Origin: Wenzhouxiangella sp.
Lineage (GTDB): Bacteria > Pseudomonadota > Gammaproteobacteria > Xanthomonadales > Wenzhouxiangellaceae
Assembly (NCBI GenBank): GCA_007121485.1
Contig: SKKM01000023.1
Coordinates: 1-45,228 of the forward strand
DNA length: 45,228 nt
Reading direction: 5' to 3'
Part shown: positions 26,755-35,449 of the stretch, in pieces
Position numbering within the stretch: the stretch's first letter is position 1
How the letters are laid out: each line of letters begins with the position of its first letter
Translations under genes and position numbers: made by a program
The notes under the pieces: model-generated
Seen by the model: only the letters and a program-made list of their open reading frames with translations
Told to the model about the DNA's origin: nothing
The model's database searches: none

Positions 26755-28673
26755 CAGGCCTTCTCGGCCAGATACGACTCCAGCAGGCGGCCGGCGACGC
26801 CGACCAGGTCATGCTCGGTGACCAGGCCCAGCAGCTTGCGCTCTTCGTCCACCACAGGCAGACAGCTGAGGCGTTTTTCCCGCATCAGGCGGATGGCCTC
26901 GACGGTCGGCGTATCGGGGCTGACCGCGACCGGCTCGGAGTGCATGATGTCGCGCACGGTGACTGGCGAGGCAGCCCCCGAACCGCGTGCGATCAGGCGC
27001 AGTAGCTGGCGATGCGACACCAGGCCCAGCAGCTGGCCGGAGTCGTCCTCGACCGGCACATGGCGCACGTAGCGCCATTCCATCAGGGAAGCGGCGAAAT
27101 CCACGATGTCGTCCGGCCTGACCGTGAACAGGTCGGTCGCCATGAACTGGCCGACGGTACGATAGCTTTCGCGCCAGTCCTGGGTGGGACAGAATTCCGC
27201 CAGCGTCCACTCGCTGATCGGCAAGCCGGACTGTTGCTGCTCGATCATGCTGTCGGTCAAGGCCCTGAGACACTCGTGGGTGCTGGCCGCGCCGCGCATG
27301 CGCTCCAGCGACTCCAGCTGCCAGCGCGCGCCGGTGCGGCGACGTTCGACCCGCGCCCGGATCACGCCCAGGTAGCGATCGATATCGTCCGCATCGATGC
27401 CGGCCTCTTCCAGGCCCTGCCGGGCCAGCGGCAGCAGTTTGTCGAGGATCAACTGCTGCGCGGTCATCTGCTCTTCGTCGAACCAGATCATCTGGGCCCG
27501 CAGCCCCTCCCGCGCGGCGGCCAGGAAATTGGCCTTGACGTCGCCGAAATTGAAATGTTCGCGGATGTCGTCGACCGAGCGCGACAGCTGCGCCATCATG
27601 CCGAAGAAGAAGGCCGCGTTGGCCACTTCGTCCAGCACGCTGGGTCCGGAAGGGATGACGCGGTTCTCGATCCGCAGATGCGGCTTGCCGTTGCCGGAGA
27701 TGCCGTAGCAGGCACGGTTCCAGCGGTATACCGTGCCGTTGTGCAGGCGCAGCGCGTTCAGGCGCGGCACCTCGCCGCGCGCGACCATGCCGATCGGGTC
27801 GTCCTCGAACTCGGTGGTCAGGATGACGCGGAAGCGGGCGATGTCTTCCTTGAAGATCTCGATGACCGACTCCTCCACCCACTGATCGCCGAAGTGCACG
27901 CGCGGCTTGTGGCCGCGGGCCGCATGGGCCTCGGACCGGGCATCGATGGAGTGCTCGAAGACCGCGATGCGGCTCTCGTGCCACAGGCGCTTGCCGAGCA
28001 GGATGGGGGAATTGACGCAGGCGGCCAGCAGCGGCCCGGTCACCGCCTGGGCGATGTTGTACAGGTGGGCGAACTCGTCGGCGTCGACCTGGAAGTGAAC
28101 CTGGAAACTGGTGTTGCAGGCTTCCAGCATCAGGTTGTCGTGGTTGAAGCTCAGTTGGTCGATGCCCTTGATCGAAATCCGAAAATGCGATCCGCGCAGG
28201 CGCAGCAGGGCCTCGTTCAAGGCAAAATAGCGCGCCACCGGGACCATCGCATCGAGGCTGAGATGGTCCTTGGTCAGCGTCGGCAGGATGCCGACCAGGG
28301 CGATCCGGCTGCCCACCTCGTCGGCCGCTTCCCGCCCCACCTGAAGGAGTTCGCTGGCCTCGGCCTCGAGCTTGCGCAGGCAGTCGCCGCCCAGTTCCAG
28401 CGGCGACAGATTGGCTTCGAGGTTGAACAGGCCCAGCTCATGGGTGAAGCGCGGGTCGTCGATGCGGTCGAGGACCTGCATGGCCGACAGGGCCGGACGG
28501 TTGGCCTGATCGACCAGGAACATCTCCTGCTCGGCGCCGATGCGCCGGATCCCGGCCTCGAACATGCCGGCCGTATGCATGTCCTCCAGCGCCCGGACCT
28601 CGTTGAGCAGCGCCTTCATGAAGGCTCTTCTCAGGCCTTCATCACTGGAGTGCTGTACGTTCTGTTCGCCCAT
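26754..28673 (-). CDS. Glutamate-cysteine ligase family 2 (GCS2-like) carboxylate-amine ligase fused to a C-terminal CBS pair, 639 aa
   Basis: IGAEQEMFLVD, THELGLFNLE, NTSFQVH, NSP, ESRIAVF, LRIENR; CBS repeats VGQFMATDLFTV...RHVPV and VRDIM...SCLPVV...GLVTEHD; start ATG 28673. Confidence 0.82.
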   Translation of the reverse strand: MGEQNVQHSSDEGLRRAFMKALLNEVRALEDMHTAGMFEAGIRRIGAEQEMFLVDQANRPALSAMQVLDRIDDPRFTHELGLFNLEANLSPLELGGDCLRKLEAEASELLQVGREAADEVGSRIALVGILPTLTKDHLSLDAMVPVARYFALNEALLRLRGSHFRISIKGIDQLSFNHDNLMLEACNTSFQVHFQVDADEFAHLYNIAQAVTGPLLAACVNSPILLGKRLWHESRIAVFEHSIDARSEAHAARGHKPRVHFGDQWVEESVIEIFKEDIARFRVILTTEFEDDPIGMVARGEVPRLNALRLHNGTVYRWNRACYGISGNGKPHLRIENRVIPSGPSVLDEVANAAFFFGMMAQLSRSVDDIREHFNFGDVKANFLAAAREGLRAQMIWFDEEQMTAQQLILDKLLPLARQGLEEAGIDADDIDRYLGVIRARVERRRTGARWQLESLERMRGAASTHECLRALTDSMIEQQQSGLPISEWTLAEFCPTQDWRESYRTVGQFMATDLFTVRPDDIVDFAASLMEWRYVRHVPVEDDSGQLLGLVSHRQLLRLIARGSGAASPVTVRDIMHSEPVAVSPDTPTVEAIRLMREKRLSCLPVVDEERKLLGLVTEHDLVGVAGRLLESYLAEKA

Positions 28674-28700
28674 GATCAAGCCCGGTGGCGCCAATGCGCG

Positions 28701-28729
28701 ATGATATACCCTGCCATGGCCGGGGGCAA
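28701..28729 (-). promoter_or_regulatory. Putative sigma70 promoter of the GCS2-CBS unit
   Basis: TTGCCC (28729-28724), 17 nt, TATCAT (28706-28701), 27 nt upstream of ATG 28673. Confidence 0.55.
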
Positions 28730-28881
28730 ACCGACCCGGCGTCCAGCAGGCACAGGTGACGGTCGAACCCGAAATCCGTTTCCGATGTCTATGTCTTGGT
28801 TACACTTGCCTGAGCTTGCCACGCTGTGCCAAGCTTAGAGTTTGGCTGCATTCGATTCCATAACAAAAGCAGGGTAGACCA

Positions 28882-30567
28882 ATGACCGAGCATGTTTGGC
28901 TTTCCGAGTATCCCGAGGGTGTGCCGGCCCAGATCGATCTAGACGAGTTTTCCTCCATCGTCGACGTCATCGATCGCAGCTGCAAGGATTTCTCCAGCAA
29001 CGTCGCCTACGTCAATTTCGGCAAGGAACTGAGTTACGCCGAGGTGGACCGCCTGAGCACCGCATTCGGCGCCTACCTGCAGTCGATCGGCCTCAAGCCG
29101 GGCGACCGCATCGCCATCATGATGCCCAACGTGCTGCAGTATCCGATCGCCGTGTTCGGGGCCTTGCGTGCCGGGCTGGTGGTGGTCAACACCAATCCGC
29201 TCTACACCGCCCGCGAGCTCAAGCATCAGCTCAAGGATTCGGGCGCGCGCGCCATCCTGATCATGGAAAATTTCGCCAACGTGCTGGAGGCCGTGATCGA
29301 CGATACCGACGTCGAACACGTGTTCCTGACCTCCATCGGCGAAATGGTCGGCTTCCCCAAGGGCGCCATCATGGATTTCGTGCTGCGGCGCATCAAGAAG
29401 ATGGTGCCGAGCTACAGCCTGCCGCAGGCGGTACGCTTCAAAAAGACCCTCGCCGACGGTGCCGGCAAGACCCTCAAGCCGGTCAAGCTGACCCACGAGG
29501 ACCTGGCCTTCCTGCAGTACACCGGGGGCACCACCGGGGTGTCCAAGGGCGCCATGCTGACACACGGCAATATGGTCGCCAACATGCAGCAGTCCTCGGC
29601 CTGGCTGGGCAACAACATCGAGCCCGGCAAGGAAGTGATCATCACCGCCCTGCCCCTCTATCACATCTTCGCCTTGACCGCCAATTGCTTCGTGTTCCTC
29701 AAGTTCGGCGGACGCAATGTGCTGATCACCAACCCACGCGATATGCCCGGATTCGTCAAGGAATTGTCCAAGGAGAAGTTCACCGCCATCACCGGCGTCA
29801 ACACCTTGTTCAACGGACTGCTCAACACGCCAGGCTTTGAAAACCTCGACTTTTCCAACTTGCGCCTGACCCTGGGGGGCGGCATGGCGGTGCAGCGCGC
29901 CGTCGCCGACCGCTGGAAGTCGGCGACCGGCGTGACCCTGGTCGAGGCCTACGGTTTGACCGAAACCTCGCCGGCGGCCTGCATCAATCCCATGGACCTG
30001 GCCGACTACAACGGCGCCATCGGACTGCCGATCTCCTCAACGGAATGTCGCGTCATCGACAGCGACGGCAAGGCCGTCGATGTCGACGAAACCGGCGAAC
30101 TGTGCGTCAAGGGCCCGCAGGTGATGAAAGGTTACTGGAACCGGCCGGAAGAGACCGCCAAGGTGCTCGACGATGAAGGCTGGCTGAAGACCGGCGACAT
30201 GGCCCGCATGGACGCCAAGGGCTATTTCTACATCGTCGACCGCAAGAAGGACATGATCCTGGTCTCTGGCTTCAACGTCTACCCGAACGAAATCGAGGAC
30301 GTCATCGCCGCCCACCCCAAGGTGCTCGAGGTGGGCGCCATCGGGGTTCCCGACGAGAAATCGGGGGAAGTGGTCAAGGCCGTGGTGGTGCGCAAGGACG
30401 ACAGTCTGACGGTGAAGGAACTGCGCGACTACTGCCGCAACGAACTGACCGGCTACAAGGTGCCCAAGTTCGTCGAGTTCGTGGACGAGTTGCCGAAGAC
30501 CAACGTCGGCAAGATTCTGCGGCGCGAACTGCGTGACCAGTTCGGCGAGGCCAGGAGCTCGGATTGA
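28882..30567 (+). CDS. fadD: Long-chain-fatty-acid--CoA ligase
   Basis: NTNPLYT, YTGGTTGVSKG, YGLTETSP, WLKTGD, DRKKDMI, PKTNVGK. Confidence 0.95.
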   Translation: MTEHVWLSEYPEGVPAQIDLDEFSSIVDVIDRSCKDFSSNVAYVNFGKELSYAEVDRLSTAFGAYLQSIGLKPGDRIAIMMPNVLQYPIAVFGALRAGLVVVNTNPLYTARELKHQLKDSGARAILIMENFANVLEAVIDDTDVEHVFLTSIGEMVGFPKGAIMDFVLRRIKKMVPSYSLPQAVRFKKTLADGAGKTLKPVKLTHEDLAFLQYTGGTTGVSKGAMLTHGNMVANMQQSSAWLGNNIEPGKEVIITALPLYHIFALTANCFVFLKFGGRNVLITNPRDMPGFVKELSKEKFTAITGVNTLFNGLLNTPGFENLDFSNLRLTLGGGMAVQRAVADRWKSATGVTLVEAYGLTETSPAACINPMDLADYNGAIGLPISSTECRVIDSDGKAVDVDETGELCVKGPQVMKGYWNRPEETAKVLDDEGWLKTGDMARMDAKGYFYIVDRKKDMILVSGFNVYPNEIEDVIAAHPKVLEVGAIGVPDEKSGEVVKAVVVRKDDSLTVKELRDYCRNELTGYKVPKFVEFVDELPKTNVGKILRRELRDQFGEARSSD

Positions 30568-30590
30568 GGAGCCGTCAGGCGACTCAATCC
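30561..30590. terminator. Hairpin spanning the convergent fadD and dinB stop codons
   Basis: GGATTGAG-GA-GCC-GTCA-GGC-GA-CTCAATCC: 8-bp plus 3-bp stem with a 2x2 internal loop; no U-tracts, so terminator function is uncertain. Confidence 0.4.
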
Positions 30591-31642
30591 AGCACCCTGT
30601 CGGTGTCGGGGCTGGCGGTCAGTCCCGACACCCCGACCCCGATCAGGCGCACCGAAAAGCCTTTGCGCCAATCCGCCCAGCGCTGCAGCAGCGACCAGGC
30701 CGTAGCGGCGATCAGGCCTGCCGAGCGCGTGTAACCCGGCAGCGACTCGCTGCGGGTGATGGTTGAAAACCCCGTCGAGCGCAGTTTCAACACCACCGTG
30801 CGCGCGTACAGCGCGCGCGAGCTGAGTTTTTCGGCAACCTGCTCCGACTGGCGCTGGATCAGCGGCCTGAGTTCTTCGATCGAGTGCACGTCCTGGCCCA
30901 GGGTGTTCTCCTGGCTGATCGAGCGTCGCAGGCGGCCGGAACGGACCGGGCTGTCGTCGATTCCCCGGGCTCGCCGGAGCAGGTCTCCCGCATGCGCGCC
31001 GAACAGGGCGGTCAGCACATCCGGCGCCGTCTTGCGCAACTGTCCGATGGTCAGTATGCCGGCGTCATTCAGGCGCTGGGCGCTGCGCTGGCCGACGCCG
31101 GGCAGGCGCCGAACCGGCAACGGGTCGATGAAGGAGGCCACGCGCTGGTGCGGGATCAGGACCAGACCGTCCGGCTTGTCGTAGTCCGAGGCCAGTTTCG
31201 CCAGAAGCTTGTTTTCGGCCATGCCGACCGAAGCCGTGAGCCCGATCTCCGAGGCGATCGCCTGCTTCAGCCGCCGGCCCAGCGCGTTGAGCGCCGGCTC
31301 GTCGTGGACCGTGGCGCTGACGTCCAGGTAGGCCTCATCCAGGCTCAGGCCTTCGACGAGGTCGCTGACCTCGTGGAAAATGGCAAAAATCTGCGCGGAC
31401 ACCTCGCGGTAGCGCTCGAAGCGCGCCGGACGGAAAACGCCGTGCGGACAGAGTCGACGCGCCCGCGCCGCCGGCATGGCCGAACGCACGCCGTACTGGC
31501 GCGCCTCGTAGCTCGCGGCGGCAACCACGCCGCGCGCCGAGCGGCCGCCGACCATCACCGGCCGGCCGCGCAGGCTCGGCTCATCGAGCTGCTCGACGCT
31601 GGCGTAGAAGGCGTCCATGTCGACGTGGATGATGGCGCGCAT
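30584..31642 (-). CDS. dinB: DNA polymerase IV (Y family)
   Basis: IIHVDMDAFYASVE, ASYEARQYGVRSAM, SLDEAY, AKLASD, KPDG; start ATG 31642. Confidence 0.94.
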   Translation of the reverse strand: MRAIIHVDMDAFYASVEQLDEPSLRGRPVMVGGRSARGVVAAASYEARQYGVRSAMPAARARRLCPHGVFRPARFERYREVSAQIFAIFHEVSDLVEGLSLDEAYLDVSATVHDEPALNALGRRLKQAIASEIGLTASVGMAENKLLAKLASDYDKPDGLVLIPHQRVASFIDPLPVRRLPGVGQRSAQRLNDAGILTIGQLRKTAPDVLTALFGAHAGDLLRRARGIDDSPVRSGRLRRSISQENTLGQDVHSIEELRPLIQRQSEQVAEKLSSRALYARTVVLKLRSTGFSTITRSESLPGYTRSAGLIAATAWSLLQRWADWRKGFSVRLIGVGVSGLTASPDTDRVLD

Positions 31643-31727
31643 GCTCAGACGCCGCTGGACCACCGCAGGTCGCGGCTCGCCTCCGGCCGCGTGCAGGAAA
31701 CCGGATTGCCCCGCTCAGGGCGCTCGA

Positions 31728-32066
31728 TCAAATGGTCCGGGTCGGTTTTTCGCTTTCCAGCATTCCGGCCAGCAGGGACACGATGGCGGTCTGCGCCTGC
31801 TGCCCTTCGGCGCTGTCGGCGAACTGGATGCCCACGCCGCTGTTGCCGCCGCGCTGGCTGCCCGGGGGAGTGATCCAGGCAACCTTGCCCGGGATGGCGA
31901 TGCGCTCCTCGCCCATCAGGCTGAGCAGAATCAGCACCTCGTCGCCCAGGGTAAAGCTCTTGCGCGTGGGCACGAACAGCCCGCCGTTGATCATGAACGG
32001 CATGTAGGCGGCGTACAACTCCTGCTTGTTCTCGATGTTGTAGGACAGTATCCCTTTCTGCGCCAT
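31728..32066 (-). CDS. pilZ: Type IV pilus biogenesis protein PilZ
   Basis: LYAAYMPF..GGLFVPT, GKVAWITP, GVGIQF, PTRTI; conserved position after holB. Confidence 0.92.
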   Translation of the reverse strand: MAQKGILSYNIENKQELYAAYMPFMINGGLFVPTRKSFTLGDEVLILLSLMGEERIAIPGKVAWITPPGSQRGGNSGVGIQFADSAEGQQAQTAIVSLLAGMLESEKPTRTI

Positions 32067-32070
32067 GCAA

Positions 32071-33030
32071 TCACCCGTCAGCAGCGAAGATCGATTGCCA
32101 TTCTAGCAGCCATTTGCCGAACAGCAGATCAGCGCGGATTGCCGTATCCGCAAGGCTCCGGCCTTCGAGCGCACCCTGCCAGGCCCGCGCCAGATCGGCA
32201 TCGCCGGCATGCGCCGGCAGTTCGGCGCCTCCGGAGCCTGACACCAGGCCCATCCTGCCGCCCATCCAGTGCCTGACCCAGTGAGCGATCCAGTCCCAGC
32301 TTTCCCTGGAACGCGCCGACCAGGCCTCAGCCGTGCCCGCCGGCACCGGCCGGCCGGCCGCCAGATCGACCAGGATCCGCCGCACGTCCAGACCGAAGGA
32401 AAGCCCTTCTCCCTGCACCAGCTCCAGCGCCTTGAGCGGCGCATCACCGCACAGGTCCAGGGCCAGCTCGAGGCGGTCGAGATCCTGCTCCGGGCATTGG
32501 GCCCTCAGCCAGCCCAGCGCCTCGTCTCGGCGTGGCGGGCGCAGGGCCAGCTTCTGGCAGCGGCTGCGCACGGTGGCCGGCAACAGGTCCGGCCGGTCGG
32601 TGACCAGCACCAGCCACGACTTGGCCGAAGGCTCTTCCAGCGTCTTGAGCAAGGCGTTGGCGGCGTTGTTGTTCATGCGGTCGGCCGGCTCGATCAGGCC
32701 GACCCGGTGCTGCCCGATGCTCGGCGTCAGCTGCAAGCCGCTGCACAGGTCGCGAACGATGTCGACGGTGATCTGCGTCTTGTCTTCCGGCACGGCGGCG
32801 ATGAACAGGTCCGGATGCGTGCCGGCTTCCAGCAACAGGCAGGAGCGGCAGGTCCCGCACGGGCGCTGGCCATCGGGCGCCAGGCACAGAATGCGCCCGA
32901 TCAGCCAGCGTGCCAGCTCGCGCTTGCCGATACCGGCCGGCCCGTGGAGCAGCGGCGCATGCCCCAGGCGCTGGGCGTCCAGCGCCTGGCCCAGCGCTTC
33001 CGACTCGGCAAGCAGCCAGGGCAGCCTCAT
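32071..33030 (-). CDS. holB: DNA polymerase III subunit delta'
   Basis: GPAGIGK, Zn motif C...CGTCRSC, HPD, AANALLKTLEEP, TVRSRC. Confidence 0.94.
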   Translation of the reverse strand: MRLPWLLAESEALGQALDAQRLGHAPLLHGPAGIGKRELARWLIGRILCLAPDGQRPCGTCRSCLLLEAGTHPDLFIAAVPEDKTQITVDIVRDLCSGLQLTPSIGQHRVGLIEPADRMNNNAANALLKTLEEPSAKSWLVLVTDRPDLLPATVRSRCQKLALRPPRRDEALGWLRAQCPEQDLDRLELALDLCGDAPLKALELVQGEGLSFGLDVRRILVDLAAGRPVPAGTAEAWSARSRESWDWIAHWVRHWMGGRMGLVSGSGGAELPAHAGDADLARAWQGALEGRSLADTAIRADLLFGKWLLEWQSIFAADG

Positions 33031-33653
33031 GCCAGGCGGCGCTCCAGCGCCTCGATGACCTGTGCCTTGACCTGATCCATCTCCAGACTGGCGTCGATGA
33101 CAACGATCCGGTCAGGTTCCATTCGCGCCTGGGTCAGGTAGGCGGCGCGCACGCGTTCCAGGAATTCGCTCTTCAGGCGCTCGAAGCGGTCGGCATCACC
33201 GCCGCGGCCGGCGACCCGCCGCATGCCGACCGAGACGGGCACGTCCAGGAGCAGGGTCAGGTCGGGCTGCAGGTCCGGGTGCACCAGCGCGGCCAGGCGG
33301 TTGACCACCTGGATGCCCAGGCGCCGGCCGCCGCCCTGGTAGGCGCGGCTGGCGTCGGTAAAGCGGTCGCACAGCACGTCCTCGCCGCGCGCCAGGGCCG
33401 GCCGGATGATGCGGGCCAGGTTTTCGGCCCGCGCCGCGAACATCAGCAGCACCTCCGTCATCGGCTCGAGATCGCCGGTTTCAGGGTCAAGCAGCAGGCC
33501 TCGCACCTTCTCGGCCGCCGGGGTGCCACCCGGCTCGCGGCTGCGCACCACCCTGCGTCCGCGTCCGGTCAGCCACGCCTCCACCCAGGCCGCCGCGGTG
33601 GTCTTGCCGGCCCCCTCGCCGCCTTCCAGCGTGATGAAGCGCCCGCGGTTCAC
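33027..33653 (-). CDS. tmk: Thymidylate kinase
   Basis: FITLEGGEGAGKTT, REPGG, CDRF..AS.AYQG. Confidence 0.96.
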   Translation of the reverse strand: MNRGRFITLEGGEGAGKTTAAAWVEAWLTGRGRRVVRSREPGGTPAAEKVRGLLLDPETGDLEPMTEVLLMFAARAENLARIIRPALARGEDVLCDRFTDASRAYQGGGRRLGIQVVNRLAALVHPDLQPDLTLLLDVPVSVGMRRVAGRGGDADRFERLKSEFLERVRAAYLTQARMEPDRIVVIDASLEMDQVKAQVIEALERRLA

Positions 33654-34648
33654 CGGCGCCCCCGGATGTAGCGATTGACCGCCGCATTGTGTTCCTGCAG
33701 GGTGTCGGAGAAATGGTGCGTTCCGTCACCGCGGGCGACGAAGAACAGCGCCGTGCCGTCGGCCGGGTTGGCCGCGGCGTGCAGGCTCCGGATTCCCGGC
33801 AGCGCGATCGGTGTGGGCGGCAAACCATGCCGCGTGTAGGTATTCCAGGGATGGTCGGTCTGCAGGTGCACGCGCCGCAGGCGGCCGCGGAAGTCTTCGC
33901 CGAGACCGTAGATCACGGTCGGGTCGGTCTGCAGCCGCATGCCCAGCTGCAGCCGGCGGACGAACACTCCGGCCACCTTGGCCCGTTCGTCGGCCTGGCC
34001 GGTCTCGCGTTCGATGATGGAGGCCAGGGTCAGCAGCTGCTCGATGCTGTCCAGGGGCAGGTCCGGCATGCGCGCCTCCCAGATTCGCTGCGCCTGTTCG
34101 TTCAGAGCCTGGTGCGCTCGACCCAGCAGATCGAGGTCGCTGCTGCCGCGCTGGAAAAAATAGGTTTCCGGCAGAAAGCGGCCCTCGGCGAAGCAGCCGG
34201 CGCAGCCCAGCCGCTCCATGAGTTCATCGCTGGACCATTCGGCCGTGAGCTGCTGCAGTCGGGGGTCGGCCGCCAGCTCGCGGCGCAGCCGAGCGGTCGT
34301 CCATCCTTCGACGATGGTGAAGCGATGCTGATGGACTCTGCCGCGGGCCAGATGGTCGACCAGGCCGGTTACGGTGACGCCGGGCGCAATTCGATATTCT
34401 CCGGCGCGGATTTCGCTGCCGCGTTGCCGCGCCAGCACGCGCCAGTGCCAGCTGTTCCGGGCCAGCCCGAGGCGTTCGAGATCGCGCACCAGCGCGGCGA
34501 AGCTCGATCCCGGGGCCACCCACAGCGTGAGTTCCGCATCCGGATTCACCACCGCAGCCTGGAAGCGGTTCCAGTCCTGCCAGGCCAGGGCGGACAGCAG
34601 GCCCGCACAGGCCAGCAGAATCAGGCAAAGCCACAGGAAGATGCGCAT
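33650..34648 (-). CDS. mltG: Endolytic transglycosylase MltG (YceG)
   Basis: N-terminal TM, LASIIERE, LQTDPT, WNTY..GLPPTPI. Confidence 0.94.
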   Translation of the reverse strand: MRIFLWLCLILLACAGLLSALAWQDWNRFQAAVVNPDAELTLWVAPGSSFAALVRDLERLGLARNSWHWRVLARQRGSEIRAGEYRIAPGVTVTGLVDHLARGRVHQHRFTIVEGWTTARLRRELAADPRLQQLTAEWSSDELMERLGCAGCFAEGRFLPETYFFQRGSSDLDLLGRAHQALNEQAQRIWEARMPDLPLDSIEQLLTLASIIERETGQADERAKVAGVFVRRLQLGMRLQTDPTVIYGLGEDFRGRLRRVHLQTDHPWNTYTRHGLPPTPIALPGIRSLHAAANPADGTALFFVARGDGTHHFSDTLQEHNAAVNRYIRGRR

Positions 34649-35449
34649 TCAGATCAGCTGTGAGTCCCAGAGTGATTGCAGGCGCCGGCATATCGGCCCG
34701 ATCGAAAACCGGAACTGCTCGATCGCGACGACCGGACGGATGCCCGCGACGGAGTTTATCACCAGTACTTCGCTGCACTCGCCGAGAGCGTCGTACGGGA
34801 CTGCTTCCTCCTGGACCAGCGCAGGCTCGAGTCGGCGCAACCAGTTCAGTCCGACCCCGGCGACCGCCGGCGCGGGGTGAACGAGCAGGCGATCCCCGCG
34901 CAGCAGCAGCAGGTTGGAGCTGATGGTCTCGACCATGTGGCCCTGCGGGTCCAGCAGGACGGCCTCGTCATGGCCGGAGTCGGCGCATTCGCGGGCGGCC
35001 CGGACCTGCAGCAGGCGATTGCCGTGCTTGTGGCCCTGGCCCGGGGCATCGACTGGCATCGGGTACGAACTTCGCCGCAGGCGCAGGCCCGAGGCGCGCT
35101 GGGTTTCAACGCGCAGCGGCCATTCGCGCAGACAGACCACGCGGCGCGGCGACGGCGACTCGGCCGGCCAGTAGCCACTGCCGCCGCTACCGGCGCTCAG
35201 CGTCAGGCGCAAGACATGGCGGCCGTGCCGCGGCAGCAGGCGCTGGCAATCCTGCCGCCACGCATCGGCAGACGGTGCCTCCAGTCCCAGCCAGGCCGCG
35301 CTGCGAGCCAGGCGCTCCATGTGCGGATCCCAAAGCGGCGCGCAGCGGTCCCTGAAGGCCACGGTCTCGAACACCGTCTCGCCGAACAGCAGTCCGCGAT
35401 CATCGGCCGGCAGGCCGGCCGCGCGCTGACCGTCGACCAGGCTTCTCAC
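34649..35449 (-). CDS. pabC: 4-amino-4-deoxychorismate lyase (class IV PLP enzyme)
   Basis: DRGLLFGETVFET, HKHGN (PLP Lys), ETISSN, INSVAGI; GTG start overlaps the pabB stop. Confidence 0.85.
   Translation of the reverse strand: MRSLVDGQRAAGLPADDRGLLFGETVFETVAFRDRCAPLWDPHMERLARSAAWLGLEAPSADAWRQDCQRLLPRHGRHVLRLTLSAGSGGSGYWPAESPSPRRVVCLREWPLRVETQRASGLRLRRSSYPMPVDAPGQGHKHGNRLLQVRAARECADSGHDEAVLLDPQGHMVETISSNLLLLRGDRLLVHPAPAVAGVGLNWLRRLEPALVQEEAVPYDALGECSEVLVINSVAGIRPVVAIEQFRFSIGPICRRLQSLWDSQLI

Noticed and set aside
23265-28673. Mobile element or defence island at the lhr unit
   Set aside because: No integrase, transposase, flanking direct repeats, tRNA target, nuclease partner or obvious GC shift.
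28811-28835. sigma54 promoter (TTGGCAC on the minus strand)
   Set aside because: GG-to-GC spacing is 9 nt, not the required 10.
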